From Pachysolen tannophilus NRRL Y-2460 (taxonomy: Eukaryota): DNA of 64,000 bases. The notes beneath the pieces are model-generated. The model was not told the DNA's origin, did no database searches, and was given only the letters and a program-made list of their open reading frames with translations. The stretch is from assembly GCA_001661245.1 (NCBI GenBank), contig KV454012.1, positions 1,600,418 to 1,664,417 on the forward strand. The letters run 5' to 3'. The position numbers were made by a program, and so were the translations under genes. This document shows, piece after piece, positions 12,810-24,204 of the stretch; position 1 is the stretch's first letter; every line of letters starts with the position of its first letter.

Positions 12810-13270
12810 CTTACCACCGTAATCACTGAATGAATCTACTGAAACGAAAGATTGTTTGTTATTTGGATCAAAGAAATGCAAGATGCATCTCTGGTGTGCA
12901 TAAACACACAGGTTACCTGCAAAAATTTCTATAGAGAGAAGAAGTACGTTAAATCGATTTCTAATTCAAAAAGTTCTGCTCTTACTGGTGAATCAATACT
13001 AACCGACAACAAGGATAAACCTCGTTGTATCCAACATTCTTTCTAGTTTTTATTAGTTTTGAAAAAAGTTTTCAGTTTAATCTAATAATTGATTACAACT
13101 ATTTAAAAATCTCAAAATCCACCCAATATTAAAAAAAAAAAAAAAAAAAAAACTATAAAAAGCAAAATAAAATTAAACATATACTTTTTGCGCTATATTT
13201 CTCCGATACCTTTTTTTACTCCAAAAGGTACAATCACCTTAAATTTAAATGCTATAAAACCCATGTTCTT

Positions 13271-15387
13271 TCATACATCGAAATTACTGCTAGTTGCAGC
13301 TTCATCAAAGCAATAACTTTTGTCATCGTAGATGATTTCTTCTTCCAAATCTCTTCTGCTGTTATTATCATGCTCATCATGATTAGTTGATCTAACTGAC
13401 TTAACTGAAACTTCGTCCTCATTTATACTATTATTTCTCATATATTGAGAATCTGGAGAGATAACACTATTAGTGGGGGTCTCAGAATGACGAGGGTTGG
13501 ATTTTTCTGAATTTGATCTTTTCAATTTCAGATTATTTAATATCATTTGTTTTGTCTTGTATAAATAAACATCACGATTTTTATTTTTAATGTTGTTTTT
13601 CAGATTTATATTATTATTAATAATATTATTGTTATTATTATTGTTGATATTTATATTTGCCTTTTTGTTATTAATATTTTTAAAAAATTTTGTAAAGCTA
13701 TTTTTTTTATGATTATCCATTTTTATATTGTTTACCATATTTACATTTGTTAATGTACTATGACCATTACTTTGATTATTTGAGTCTATATTATAGTTGT
13801 ACAATGAATCATTTGTAGATGATACAGTTCCCGGTGCTCCATAGTCAATTAAAAAATCAATCAATGCAACCACTTTATGTGATACATTATTATAGACTGA
13901 ATAAAGATAATCAGAACTACCTTCAGTTTTTGAAAATTTAAAATTTTCATTTTTAAAACTTTGAATAGTATTATTATCAGAATTTTTTTTCCTTAATTCT
14001 AAATTTTTAATAAGACTTGAACTATAATTATTATGATGATTATTTTTTAAATCCATTGATTCCACATAAATATTTAAATCATCAACATCATTTTCATCTT
14101 CAATTTTATCATGACTTGTAATTATAAAATCATATTTACCTTTTTTAAAAAATTTTTAATTTTTAAATTATTTTTTTTATCTTGATCTTGTATTTTTGGT
14201 AAATAATTTCCAAAACTATCAAAATAATCTGTAGCTTCATCAATATAAAAAGGTCTTCCTAATATACCCTTTTTTTGATCATTTTTCTCTAATAAAGCAA
14301 TTCTATTGATATATTCCCAAGAAACAACATTTGATACAACATAACAAGTGATATTAAATACTTCAGAAACTTGACTTATGAAAAAAACTGCGACATCTGC
14401 AAAAAAAAATAAAATTGAAGCATTTATTGCAGCAAATGTAATTAATGTGAAAACTAATATTTTTGAATTACTAAAAATGAAATTTTTTTTGCTAAAGATG
14501 AAAACAAACATTAATGAAGAAAATAAAACTGACATTGAAATTCTTAATAAATAAACGAAAACAGGTATTATTGTTATTGTTGAATCTTCATCTGAATTAT
14601 AATTGACCAAATGTCTTGTAGCAATATAGGTTGCCATCAACAGTTGTGATGATACTGCTAAAAAGACACCTATAACTAAAACAATTCTTTTTTCCTTTTG
14701 TCTTGAAAAAGTTCTCATTATAATTTGAACTTGAGCGAATTGTAATAATATTGTAACTACTAAATCAACAGAATTAAAAGCAGGACTTCCTTGTATTGCA
14801 TCTGTTACAATCATTCCACTTGATATTCCCTTTTCATATTGTTCATAAAATTTTACAATTGAAAAAATATAAGTTGAACTAAGATATAATAATGCTAAAA
14901 ATGATGAAATTTTAATCAATCTAGTTGGTTTTTGTGAATAAAGATATTGTTTTGTTAAAATTATTAAAGTTAAAAATAATGTAACAACAAAACAAGAACT
15001 TAAAGAATATATGATTGGATATATACAATATATCGAATCAAAATCATGATCAACATAATAATCCCATCCTTTATCTAAATAAGGTAATTTTGTAATATTA
15101 TATTGTTCAAATAAAGTATTAGTTGTTGATAATAATAACATATTTCTATAACAAAAACTTTGAAATGTTGATTCACTACCAATCTCAGTAATAACTCTAG
15201 GATTCTCTGATATAATAAACCCATCTTTTAAATTAATTAATTCACAAGCTTTATATACATCTTCTATAGAAGATGGATATTTCCATACTTCAGCTTTTGA
15301 AATCCCAGCTCCAGCTCCAGCTCCAACCATTCCTGTACTACTAACCTCTCCACTTCGTTTTAAAAGTCGTATCACTTCACCAAGCAT
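13271..15387 (-). CDS. RIM21: PalH/Rim21-family multi-pass membrane pH sensor, frameshift near 14141-14157
   Basis: Multiple hydrophobic helices with LQFAQVQIIMRTFSRQKEK and WEYINRI..KGILGR. The downstream Asn-rich ORF becomes the cytosolic tail after a -1 shift. Confidence 0.75.
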
Positions 15388-15903
15388 ACTCTGAATCAAT
15401 ATTTCTAAATCAAAAAAAAAAACCAACTATGATTACTAACCAAAATATATTCTAATCAGAAAAAAAAAAACAACTAACTTTTATTAAAACTTCTTCTTTT
15501 TTCTTGTTCTTCTTGTTCTATTGATTACATTATAACATTCATTTCTCTTCCTCTTCTTACGGCTAAGCACAATTTTTATATTTAAAAACAAAAAAAAAAA
15601 AAAAAAAAATCAGAAACAAAAAGTCGTTCCGAGAAAATCAAAAGATCAAAAAGTCGTTTCTATAAAATCAAAAAAATTGTGAAAAACGTAGTTTCTTAAA
15701 AATCAAAAAATTACAAAAAAATTTTTTTTTTTCCCGAAAAAAAAATGGAAATTTAGAAAGATGAAAGAAAACTATGATGAAAAGTATGAAAAGTATGGAA
15801 ATATGATGAAAAGTATGGATACCTTTTTATATTTAATATTTTAATTTTTTTTATTTTTTTTCTGATTTTTTTAATTGATTGAATTTAAATTCTGAAGTGA
15901 GAG

Positions 15904-17019
15904 ATGCCACCAAAGAAGAAGGTTGAAGAGAAGAAAATTTTGTTGGGCCGTCCGGGCAACAATTTGAAATCAGGTATTGTTGGTCTTGCCAATGTTGGTA
16001 AGTCTACATTTTTCCAAGCAATTACAAGGTGTCCTCTTGGTAATCCTGCAAATTATCCATTTGCAACGATTGATCCTGAAGAAGCTAGGGTTACTGTTCC
16101 TTCTGAGCGGTTGGATGAGTTGTTTGAGTTGTATAAGTCTCTGAAGAAGATTCCTGCTTATATTACGATTTATGATATTGCTGGATTAACTAGAGGTGCA
16201 TCTGCAGGTGAAGGTTTGGGTAATGCTTTTCTTTCTCATATTCGTGCTGTTGATGCTATGTTTCAAGTTGTTAGGTGTTTTGATGATGCGGATATCATTC
16301 ATATTGAAGGTGATGTTAATCCTGTTAGAGATTTAGAAATTATTAGTAATGAATTAAGATTAAAAGATATTGAATTTGCTGAAAAACATTTAGAAGGTGT
16401 TTTAAAAATTACTAAAAGAGGTGGACAATCTTTAGAAGTTAAACAAAAAAAGGAAGAAGCTCTGTTAGTTGAAAGAATCATAGAGATGTTAAAAGATGGT
16501 AAAAGAGTAGCAAATCAAGATTGGTCACCAAAAGAAGTTGAAGTTATTAATACTATGTTTTTATTAACAGCAAAACCTGTTATTTATTTAATCAATTTAT
16601 CAGAAAAAGATTATATAAGAAAGAAAAATAAACATTTATTGGCAATTAAAGAATGGGTTGATAAATTTTCTCCAGGTGATGTTATAATTCCATTTTCTGT
16701 TACTTTAGAAGAAAGATTATCTCATATGGAAACTGATGAAGAAAGAGCTGAAGAAGAAAAAAGAGTTGGCGCAACATCTGCTTTACCTAAAATCATTCTT
16801 ACAATGAGGAAAAAATTGGATTTGATCTCTTTCTTTACTTGTGGTCCTCAAGAAGCAAGAGAATGGACCATAAGAGATGGAACTAAAGCACCTCAAGCAG
16901 CAGGTGTTATTCATAATGACTTGATGAACACATTCATTCTCGCTCAGGTCATCAAATATCAAGACATTATCGAACACAAAGATGAAGCTTCTGTTAAGGC
17001 CGCTGGTAAATTGTTACAA
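15904..17019 (+). CDS. OLA1: Obg-like ATPase Ola1/YchF, main part (broken at the inversion breakpoint)
   Basis: GIVGLANVGKST, ANYPFATID, DIAGL and TGS domain. The natural sequence stops at ..AGKLLQ. Confidence 0.95.
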
Positions 17020-17701
17020 GCAGGATCACATGTAATGAAAATAGGTTGAATTTGAATATTATATTTTGAATTTAATCCATTTAAAATTAAACCTAATTTA
17101 TCTAATTCATCAGGACAAATATCAGGACAATGTGTAAATCCAAAATATAAAATTGAAAATTTTCCTTTAAGATTTTCTTGAGTAAATTGATTACCATTAA
17201 CATCAATTAAATCAAATGGACCACCAATAAGTGGTTTCCCCATACCTCTATTCAGTTCTGCAGTTTTCTGTAATTCTAATCTTTTCTTCTCATGCCTGAA
17301 TAATAAAGTAAAACCAGTACCAAATACAACAAATATTAATAAAGCTTTCCATGTTTTAAATTCAATATTTGAACTACCTCCACCAACTAATTCAGATCCT
17401 GTTTGTAAATTGGATCCACCAATCAGAACTCTAGATAAAGTCTTTTTCTTGGCAGCTGGGGTATCTTTCCTCTTCAGAATTTCATCTTCTAAATGAGAAC
17501 GAATACCTTTATTTTCTTCATCATTTTGTTTATTATTATTATTATTATTATTAACTTCTTGATTAAGTCTTTTAAAAGATGATGAACATATAAATTTTTT
17601 TGATTTTGAATTAATTTCATTTGAAATTGAAAATTTTTCAAATAAACCCTATCTACTAATCCAAACCTCGTAAACATATTCATTCTAGCCATAAATACCA
17701 T
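17020..17701 (-). CDS. SCO1: Sco1/Sco2 copper chaperone, N-terminal part (inverted; frameshift at the A7 run 17595-17601)
   Basis: Presequence, TM segment (TWKALLIFVVFGTG), GKPLIGGPF, YFGFTHCPDICPDEL (CxxxC), ending at FITCDPA. Confidence 0.92.
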
Positions 17702-18048
17702 TCTTTATTAAATTTCTTTAAATATTAGCAATTAAAATAGAATATATATATATATATATATAAAATAAAAAAACAATTCTATATATTATTTCCTATTTTT
17801 CTTACTGAAAAATTTGTATAATGACAAAAATCGGTAAAAAAATCATACACTACAATTACAATTCACAATTACAACTATACGACTACAATTGAGTACAAGA
17901 AATGATTAGACATCTCTATATGTTTGATTGGATATATAAGAAAACATTGAATTAAAATCAAATGATTAAAAACAATTAGATATAGATAGAAAAAGGTTTG
18001 GTAAAAAAAAAAAAAAAAAAAAAACAAGAATTTTTTCTTTTTATATTA

Positions 18049-18117
18049 TTAGTTTTTACCTGCACCTGCTCTAAAGTATATGATATCACCATCTTCAACA
18101 ACATAATCTCTACCTTT
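18049..18117 (-). CDS. OLA1: Displaced C-terminal 22 aa of Ola1
   Basis: Reverse strand reads KGRDYVVEDGDIIYFRAGAGKN*, the conserved Ola1 C-terminus. Confidence 0.92.
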   Translation of the reverse strand, partial: KGRDYVVEDGDIIYFRAGAGKN

Positions 18118-18454
18118 AAGAGATTCACCTGAAGTATTAAAAGAATACCTTTCTGAATTTCATCCACAAATCATTGGTTTAACTGGAACATATAATAATA
18201 TAAAACAAATTTGTAAAAATTTTAGAGTTTATTTTTCAACACCTTCAAATATAAAACCTGGTCAAGATTATTTAGTTGATCATTCAATTTTTTTCTACTT
18301 GATGGATCCAGAAGGTGAATTTATAGATGTTTTAGGTAGACAATATGAAGCCCCAGAAGCAATTGAGAAAATTAAAGATCATATAAATGCTTTTGTTCCA
18401 AGGGAAACAAGGGAAAGACAAAAAAATAGTTGGTATGGATTCTTGTTCAAATAA
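18118..18454 (+). CDS. SCO1: Sco1/Sco2 C-terminal part
   Basis: RDSPEVLKEYLSEFHPQIIGLTG...DYLVDHSIFFYLMDPEG...WYGFLFK*. It has no ATG of its own at the start. Confidence 0.92.
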
Positions 18455-18799
18455 TAAAATAAAAAAAAAAAAAAAAAATTTTTTTTTTCCTGTATATATT
18501 TATACTTACAAGCTTTACAATTAAAACAAGTATATATACTATATATATATATATATATATACGCATATACAACAAACCATATAAATTTTGTAGATCTCAT
18601 ATCCAATCATTATGAAAAGTACAAAACTTAAAGTCAACTATAACTAAATTAAGAAAGTCACGGTTATGTGTCACTTTCCTCTAATCCAAAAAAGAAAAGT
18701 CTCTATGTTCTCTATGTGTTAAAACATTTTTTCAGTTTAAAAGTTTAGCTAGCTAGTTAATTTAATCTCTAGTCGTATTATTATTTATAAAAGTTTCAC

Positions 18800-18805
18800 A
18801 CGCGT
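18800..18805. promoter_or_regulatory. MCB-like element (ACGCGT) upstream of ITC1
   Basis: Single exact hexamer about 210 bp upstream of the ATG in very AT-rich DNA. Confidence 0.35.
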
Positions 18806-19013
18806 TTTATAAAAGAGAAATTTTTTTTTATTTTTTTATTTTTTGACTTTTCTTCCATCATTTATTTTTATTTAATTTTTTTTTTTTTTTTTATAATTTC
18901 AAATATAAAATTTAAAAGATTAGTTTTTGGTTCTTATATATAATAAGGTTTTTGAAAATCTTTTGAAAAGAAGTTGATCAATCAATTAATCAAATATCTA
19001 TAGATATTTTAAT

Positions 19014-22000
19014 ATGGTAAGTATGATTTAATGCGATGAGTTTTCTTTTGATGATGATCTTATTATTATTTATTGATCTTATCGGCGGTTATTATTAAAA
19101 AGATTAATTTACTAATTGTTTTTTAAAAAAAAAAAATTTTAAAATTTTTTTCTAATTTATTTTTTTAATTTATTAAAGGTTCTCTTTAAGCGGAAACCAA
19201 TCGAGTTTGCTCCAACTCCAGATAATCCAGTGGATTTAAATACAGAGGTATGGTATATTCCAGAAACAAGAGAATGGTTTACTGAATATGATGATTATTT
19301 AGGAAGATTGGATTATTATAATACAAGAAAATTTGTTTGTGAAATTACAGGTATAACAGGGTATACATTTTGGGAAGCTTTAGAAATTGAAAAAAAAGAA
19401 ATTGATAAAATTTTAAAATTTTTCCCTGAAGCATGTAAAGAACCAATATTAAGATATGTTCAATTTTCTACAATACCGAGAATTGATCAATTAATAGATG
19501 ATATTTATATGAGGTTTAAAAATGAATTTTTCCCAGGAGATGTTGTTAATGTTAAATTAAATGGTGGTCAAACAAGAGAAAAAGGTATTGTTAGAGAAAA
19601 GGCAAGATTTAATGCTATAACTTTACCAAATGGAACTACAAGACCACCATATTGTCAATATAGAGTTTTACTTTCATCAACAGATAGAGAAATTACAAGT
19701 AATGAAGCTGATTTATCAAGAGATCGAAATTTATTTACTAAATTATATATAAGAGGTTTTATAAAATTAACTGTAACAAGATCAAATAAAATTGGAGCTC
19801 CATGGGTTGTAAAAGATGAATATACTAAAAAATATAGAATTCCAACTGAATTTCCTCCTCATTTACTGATGTTTAAAGAAGATGAAAATTCAAATACATC
19901 TTCTATGAAAAGGAAAAGATCAAGAAAAAATAATTTAAATACAACAAATAATAATAATAATAATCTGCAACCAATTTTCCCATCATCAAATAATAAAAAT
20001 AATAGTAAAAATAATAATAATAATGGTCATACAAATAAAAATAATAATTCTAATAATCAAAAAGAAAATAGAAAGAAAAGAAAAACTGAAGAAATTCCAG
20101 GAATATTTGAAAATTTAAAAGAAACACCTCCTCCAAATGGTGAAGGTAAAGAAAATCCTTTGATGAAATGGAGAGAAGAATGGTTGAAAAGATTAAATGG
20201 ACTAGTTGTTTACATAGATGAAAGTAATCCGAAGACAGTTGATAATGATATGAAAGAAAAAGTAATTCAATTATTTGAATCAGTTAATTGTAAATTTGTT
20301 ACAAAATTCGAACCAGATACAGTTAATTTTATTATAACAAAGAGAACTTATAGTTCAAAAGTTAATTATAAACCAGATGATATTTTTTATAATTTGGATG
20401 AAACTAATAGAAAAGTTTGGCATTATGAAAAAGTTTTAAGATTTTTTAAAAGTTTAGCAATTACAGTAAGAAAAATTCAATTAAAACAAAAAGAATTAGA
20501 AAGAGAACAATGGAAACTGAAATTAGAAGAATTTAAAAAACAACACGCTGCCAATGAAATGATGGGATTTCCTATTGATCAATTTAATGGTAGATTCAGA
20601 CCAATTTTACCTGCAGATCAAGGTGGTTTCCCATTAAATGATCAAAGATATATAAATAATGGGTTATTACCATTATATCCAAAAACAGCAACACCACAAC
20701 AAATTAAAGAATTACAAAAAAGTTTTTTCTCTGGTGGAGCTTTTCCAGCAGATGCAGATTTTAACTATAATAAATTACTTCTGGAATCAAGATCATCATC
20801 TATTCCTCCAACTTCTGCGATAATTTCTTCCCAATTCCCTATGACTAAAGCTGCATTGGTTGACGATTTATCCTTACCTTTCCAATTAACTTCCATGAGG
20901 CCGGGTTTCAAGAAACTAGAAATTCCAGAAATAACAAGAATATCGGAATTATTAGAAAGTTGGTGTTTTTTAAATATGTTTAGAAATGCTTTGACAATAG
21001 ATACTTTCACATTAGATGATTTTATAACTGCTATTAGTTGGAAGAAATCTGATTTAGAATGCCAGTTATTACAAGAAGTTTTTTGTTCTTGTTTGAAATG
21101 TGTATTGGATGATGATGTCAAAGTTGGTGGTAATAACACTCATGGAATAAGTAAAGATGAAAATGCTATTGGTGATGGTGAGCAATATTTAATTTTAATT
21201 CCTCCGAAAGATGGTTATCTTGATCCAATTCTGGATTTGGAAGAAGAAAAGAAGGAAGAATTGAAGCAAGATCAAACTGAAAATGAAGAACCAGTTAAAA
21301 ATGAAGAATCGGCAACACCAGTGGCAAAATCTCAAGAACCGGATACAGAAGGAGAAAAATCGCATGATGAAGGTAAATCCAACGGAAAAAATGAAGAAAA
21401 TGGAACAGAAAATGGAACCATAAACAACAAAGATCAGGATGTGAAGGAAGAAGAAAAAGAAGAAGAAAAAGAAGAAGAAGCAGAAGTAGAAGAAGCAGAA
21501 GAAGATGAAGAAGAAGATGAAGAAGATAATGGCAGTGTTGAAGAAAGTGAGGATTCAGAAATTGACCACAATGCATATAAATTGTTGAATTTCAGAAAAA
21601 TATCATGGCAAGAGAGATTACGTAAAAGAACTTTCAAAGATGGTCAATGGTTAATAATCTTAATAGGTGTATTGTCCTTAGTTGAACATGTTCCAAGATA
21701 TACATCAGATATTCAAGAAATTTTTGAAATTTTAGCACCTTTGGATATGCCAGCTACACCTACTGTCGTTACTCAGCAGTTTTTCTTAGCTTTACCTACT
21801 GATTTGAAGATTAGAGCAATTAATATTTTGTGTGAATTATTAATTAGTGGAATCGTTATTAGAAATCATATTGATAAGTGTGCTGAAGATTCTGCCCAAC
21901 TAAGGAGAGAAAGATTAGAATGCCTTAGAGAATATAAATCACTTATTGAAGAAGCGGGAAACATCAATAAACAATGTCGTGAAGCCATGATAAATAACAA

Positions 22001-23732
22001 TGTCAAATTGCAAGTTTCTCCGGAACCTACTTTAAAGATTGTCAAAGAAAAGAAGAATAGAGGTGGTCGCCCACCCAGCTTGTCCCTTGAACCAACTCCA
22101 GAAGAAAATGCCTTGGCTAAGGTTAATCCTGAATTCCTGAAACTTGTCAAAGAAAGAGCTGAAAAATTACAAAAGGCAGAAGAATTGAAGAACAAACGAA
22201 AATCTTTGGAATTCAAATTAAATGAATTGGATATTCAAAGAGTTCAATATATTGGTAGAGATAGACTATATAATCGTTATTGGTGGTTTGAAAATAATGG
22301 GTTACCTACTTTAAGATCTTCTCGTAAGAAAGGAGGGCAAGACGAAGAAGAAGGAGATGGCGATGAAAACTCATTCATGAACGATGAAGAAGAGGAGGAA
22401 GAGGAAGAAGATGATGATGATGACGATGATATGACTGATGAAACGTATCTTATTGGTAGGTTATGGATTGAAGGACCAACAGATGAGGATAGAACTACGT
22501 TTTTAAATATGAATGATGAGATCATTGAAAAATGGAAAGAAGAATTGATCAAGGAAAAAGAGAAGCAAAAGGAAGAAGTAGATGAAGAAAACAAGACATT
22601 GGAAACGAATATTATTGATGATTCTTTAGCGTCTCAAGAACATTCTGAAACTCTGGAGAGTGGCCATGAAAAAGAATCCGAAGAAAATGATTCAAAAGAA
22701 GGTAAACTCCAGGACAGAAAATTACCTGCTTCATTTGTCAATACTGCTGCTCAAGTTTTCTCTATAAAATTTGAAGGAAATATTATAAAATCATCTGAAA
22801 CTGATCGCTTATTTGTCGATGAATACGGAGCTACAACCACTGATGCTATTGAGTTAAAGCCAGGTCAAAGAAAGATTATGGAAGAGAGTCCTGATCCTTT
22901 ACTAACAAGTAAAGATTGGAGATATATTGATGATATTTCTGATCTTGATAATTTAATCAAATGGTTAAATCCATTCGGTAAAAGAGAAGGTCCATTGCGT
23001 AAAGAATTTTTATCATTGAGGGATAGTATCAGGTACAGCATTGATGCTAGAAGGAAAGCTTTAGGTTTGGATAAAAAATCTGATGATGAAATTAAATTAG
23101 AAGAAAAGATTAAAGAGATTATTATTTCAGAAGATGAAATTGAAAGTGAAGATGATAGTCATGCTGAAAATACCAATACAGAAGATGAAGAAGATGTTTC
23201 TATGCAATATGAAGGCGATGTGGGGTTCAATTCTGGAACTGAGTCTTCTTATTCAGAAGGAACAGATGGAGATGAAGATTCGGAAACTGAACTAATACAG
23301 ACAAGATCAACTAGAAGATCAACACGTAGTAAGGATAATCAAAAAGCTCAAAGAGAACGTCACCATCACCATCATCGCCATCACCAGAATCATGAAAATA
23401 ATCGTCAGTTCAATTTGAGAGAGAAAAAATTAAGAGAAAGAGCAAGTAGAAGGACGAAATTGCAAATGTATCAGAAGGAAAATAAGCGGGCTAGTGGTGA
23501 TAACTTAGTCAATAATTTTACCAAGAAATCCAAGAGACAAAGACTTTTAAAAAGAGAAGAAAAACAAAAGTATAAAGACCAACTAATGGCAAGATTGAAA
23601 AATTTGAAAAATAATAGATCCGAAGTCAGGTGTTTGGAATGGGTTAACGCAAGTGCTATTGAAAAATATGGTACTACCCATTATGAAGATAGTGTAAAGA
23701 AATCAAGCACAAAGGGCAGAAGAAAGAAATAA
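19014..23732 (+). CDS. ITC1: ISW2 complex subunit Itc1 (WAC, DDT, WHIM/WSD); exon 1 is ATG only, intron 19017-19178
   Basis: Spliced start MVLFKRKPIEF, WAC motif (FVCEITG), DDT region (LLESWCFLNMF..IDTFTLDDF) and IGRDRLYNRYWWFE. Confidence 0.92.
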
Positions 23733-24204
23733 CCAAAAATCCCTAGATAACCGTCTATGGTCTTTTTGTATATTATTATCATTATATCTTATAGATATAT
23801 ACATTTGTAATTTTAAAAAGAAAATGAAACAGAATAATTTTGAGCATTACCGTAGAAAACATACTTACACTCACACTAACACTCACACACAAATGGATAA
23901 TGGATAAAATATGACTTCCTAATGTAGTAATGCTGTGATTTTATAGCACCAATTTCCTTTTTTGGGTTTTTTCAACTTAAATTTTTTTTTTCGAAATTTT
24001 TTTTTTTTTTTTTTTTTCGTAATCCGAAAAATTTGATTAGCTGAGAAAAATTTCAGTAATTTCTGTTTTCTGTAATAGTAGTAGTAGTAGTATTAGTAGT
24101 AGTGGTGGTGTATATTATATTAAGAAGTATAAACATTTTGGTTAAGAAGGTTAGTAATTTCGATATTATTGTTTGTGGGGTTACTCATATATGTATATAA
24201 GTAT

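Noticed and set aside
16959..17243. Apparent overlapping antisense gene pair (94-aa Sco-like ORF overlapping the OLA1 3' end)
   Set aside because: The overlap comes from both frames reading across the inversion breakpoint at 17019/17020.
17010..18130. Recombinase-type invertible switch
   Set aside because: No inverted repeats at the breakpoints and no recombinase gene in the window. Kept only as an unexplained inversion.
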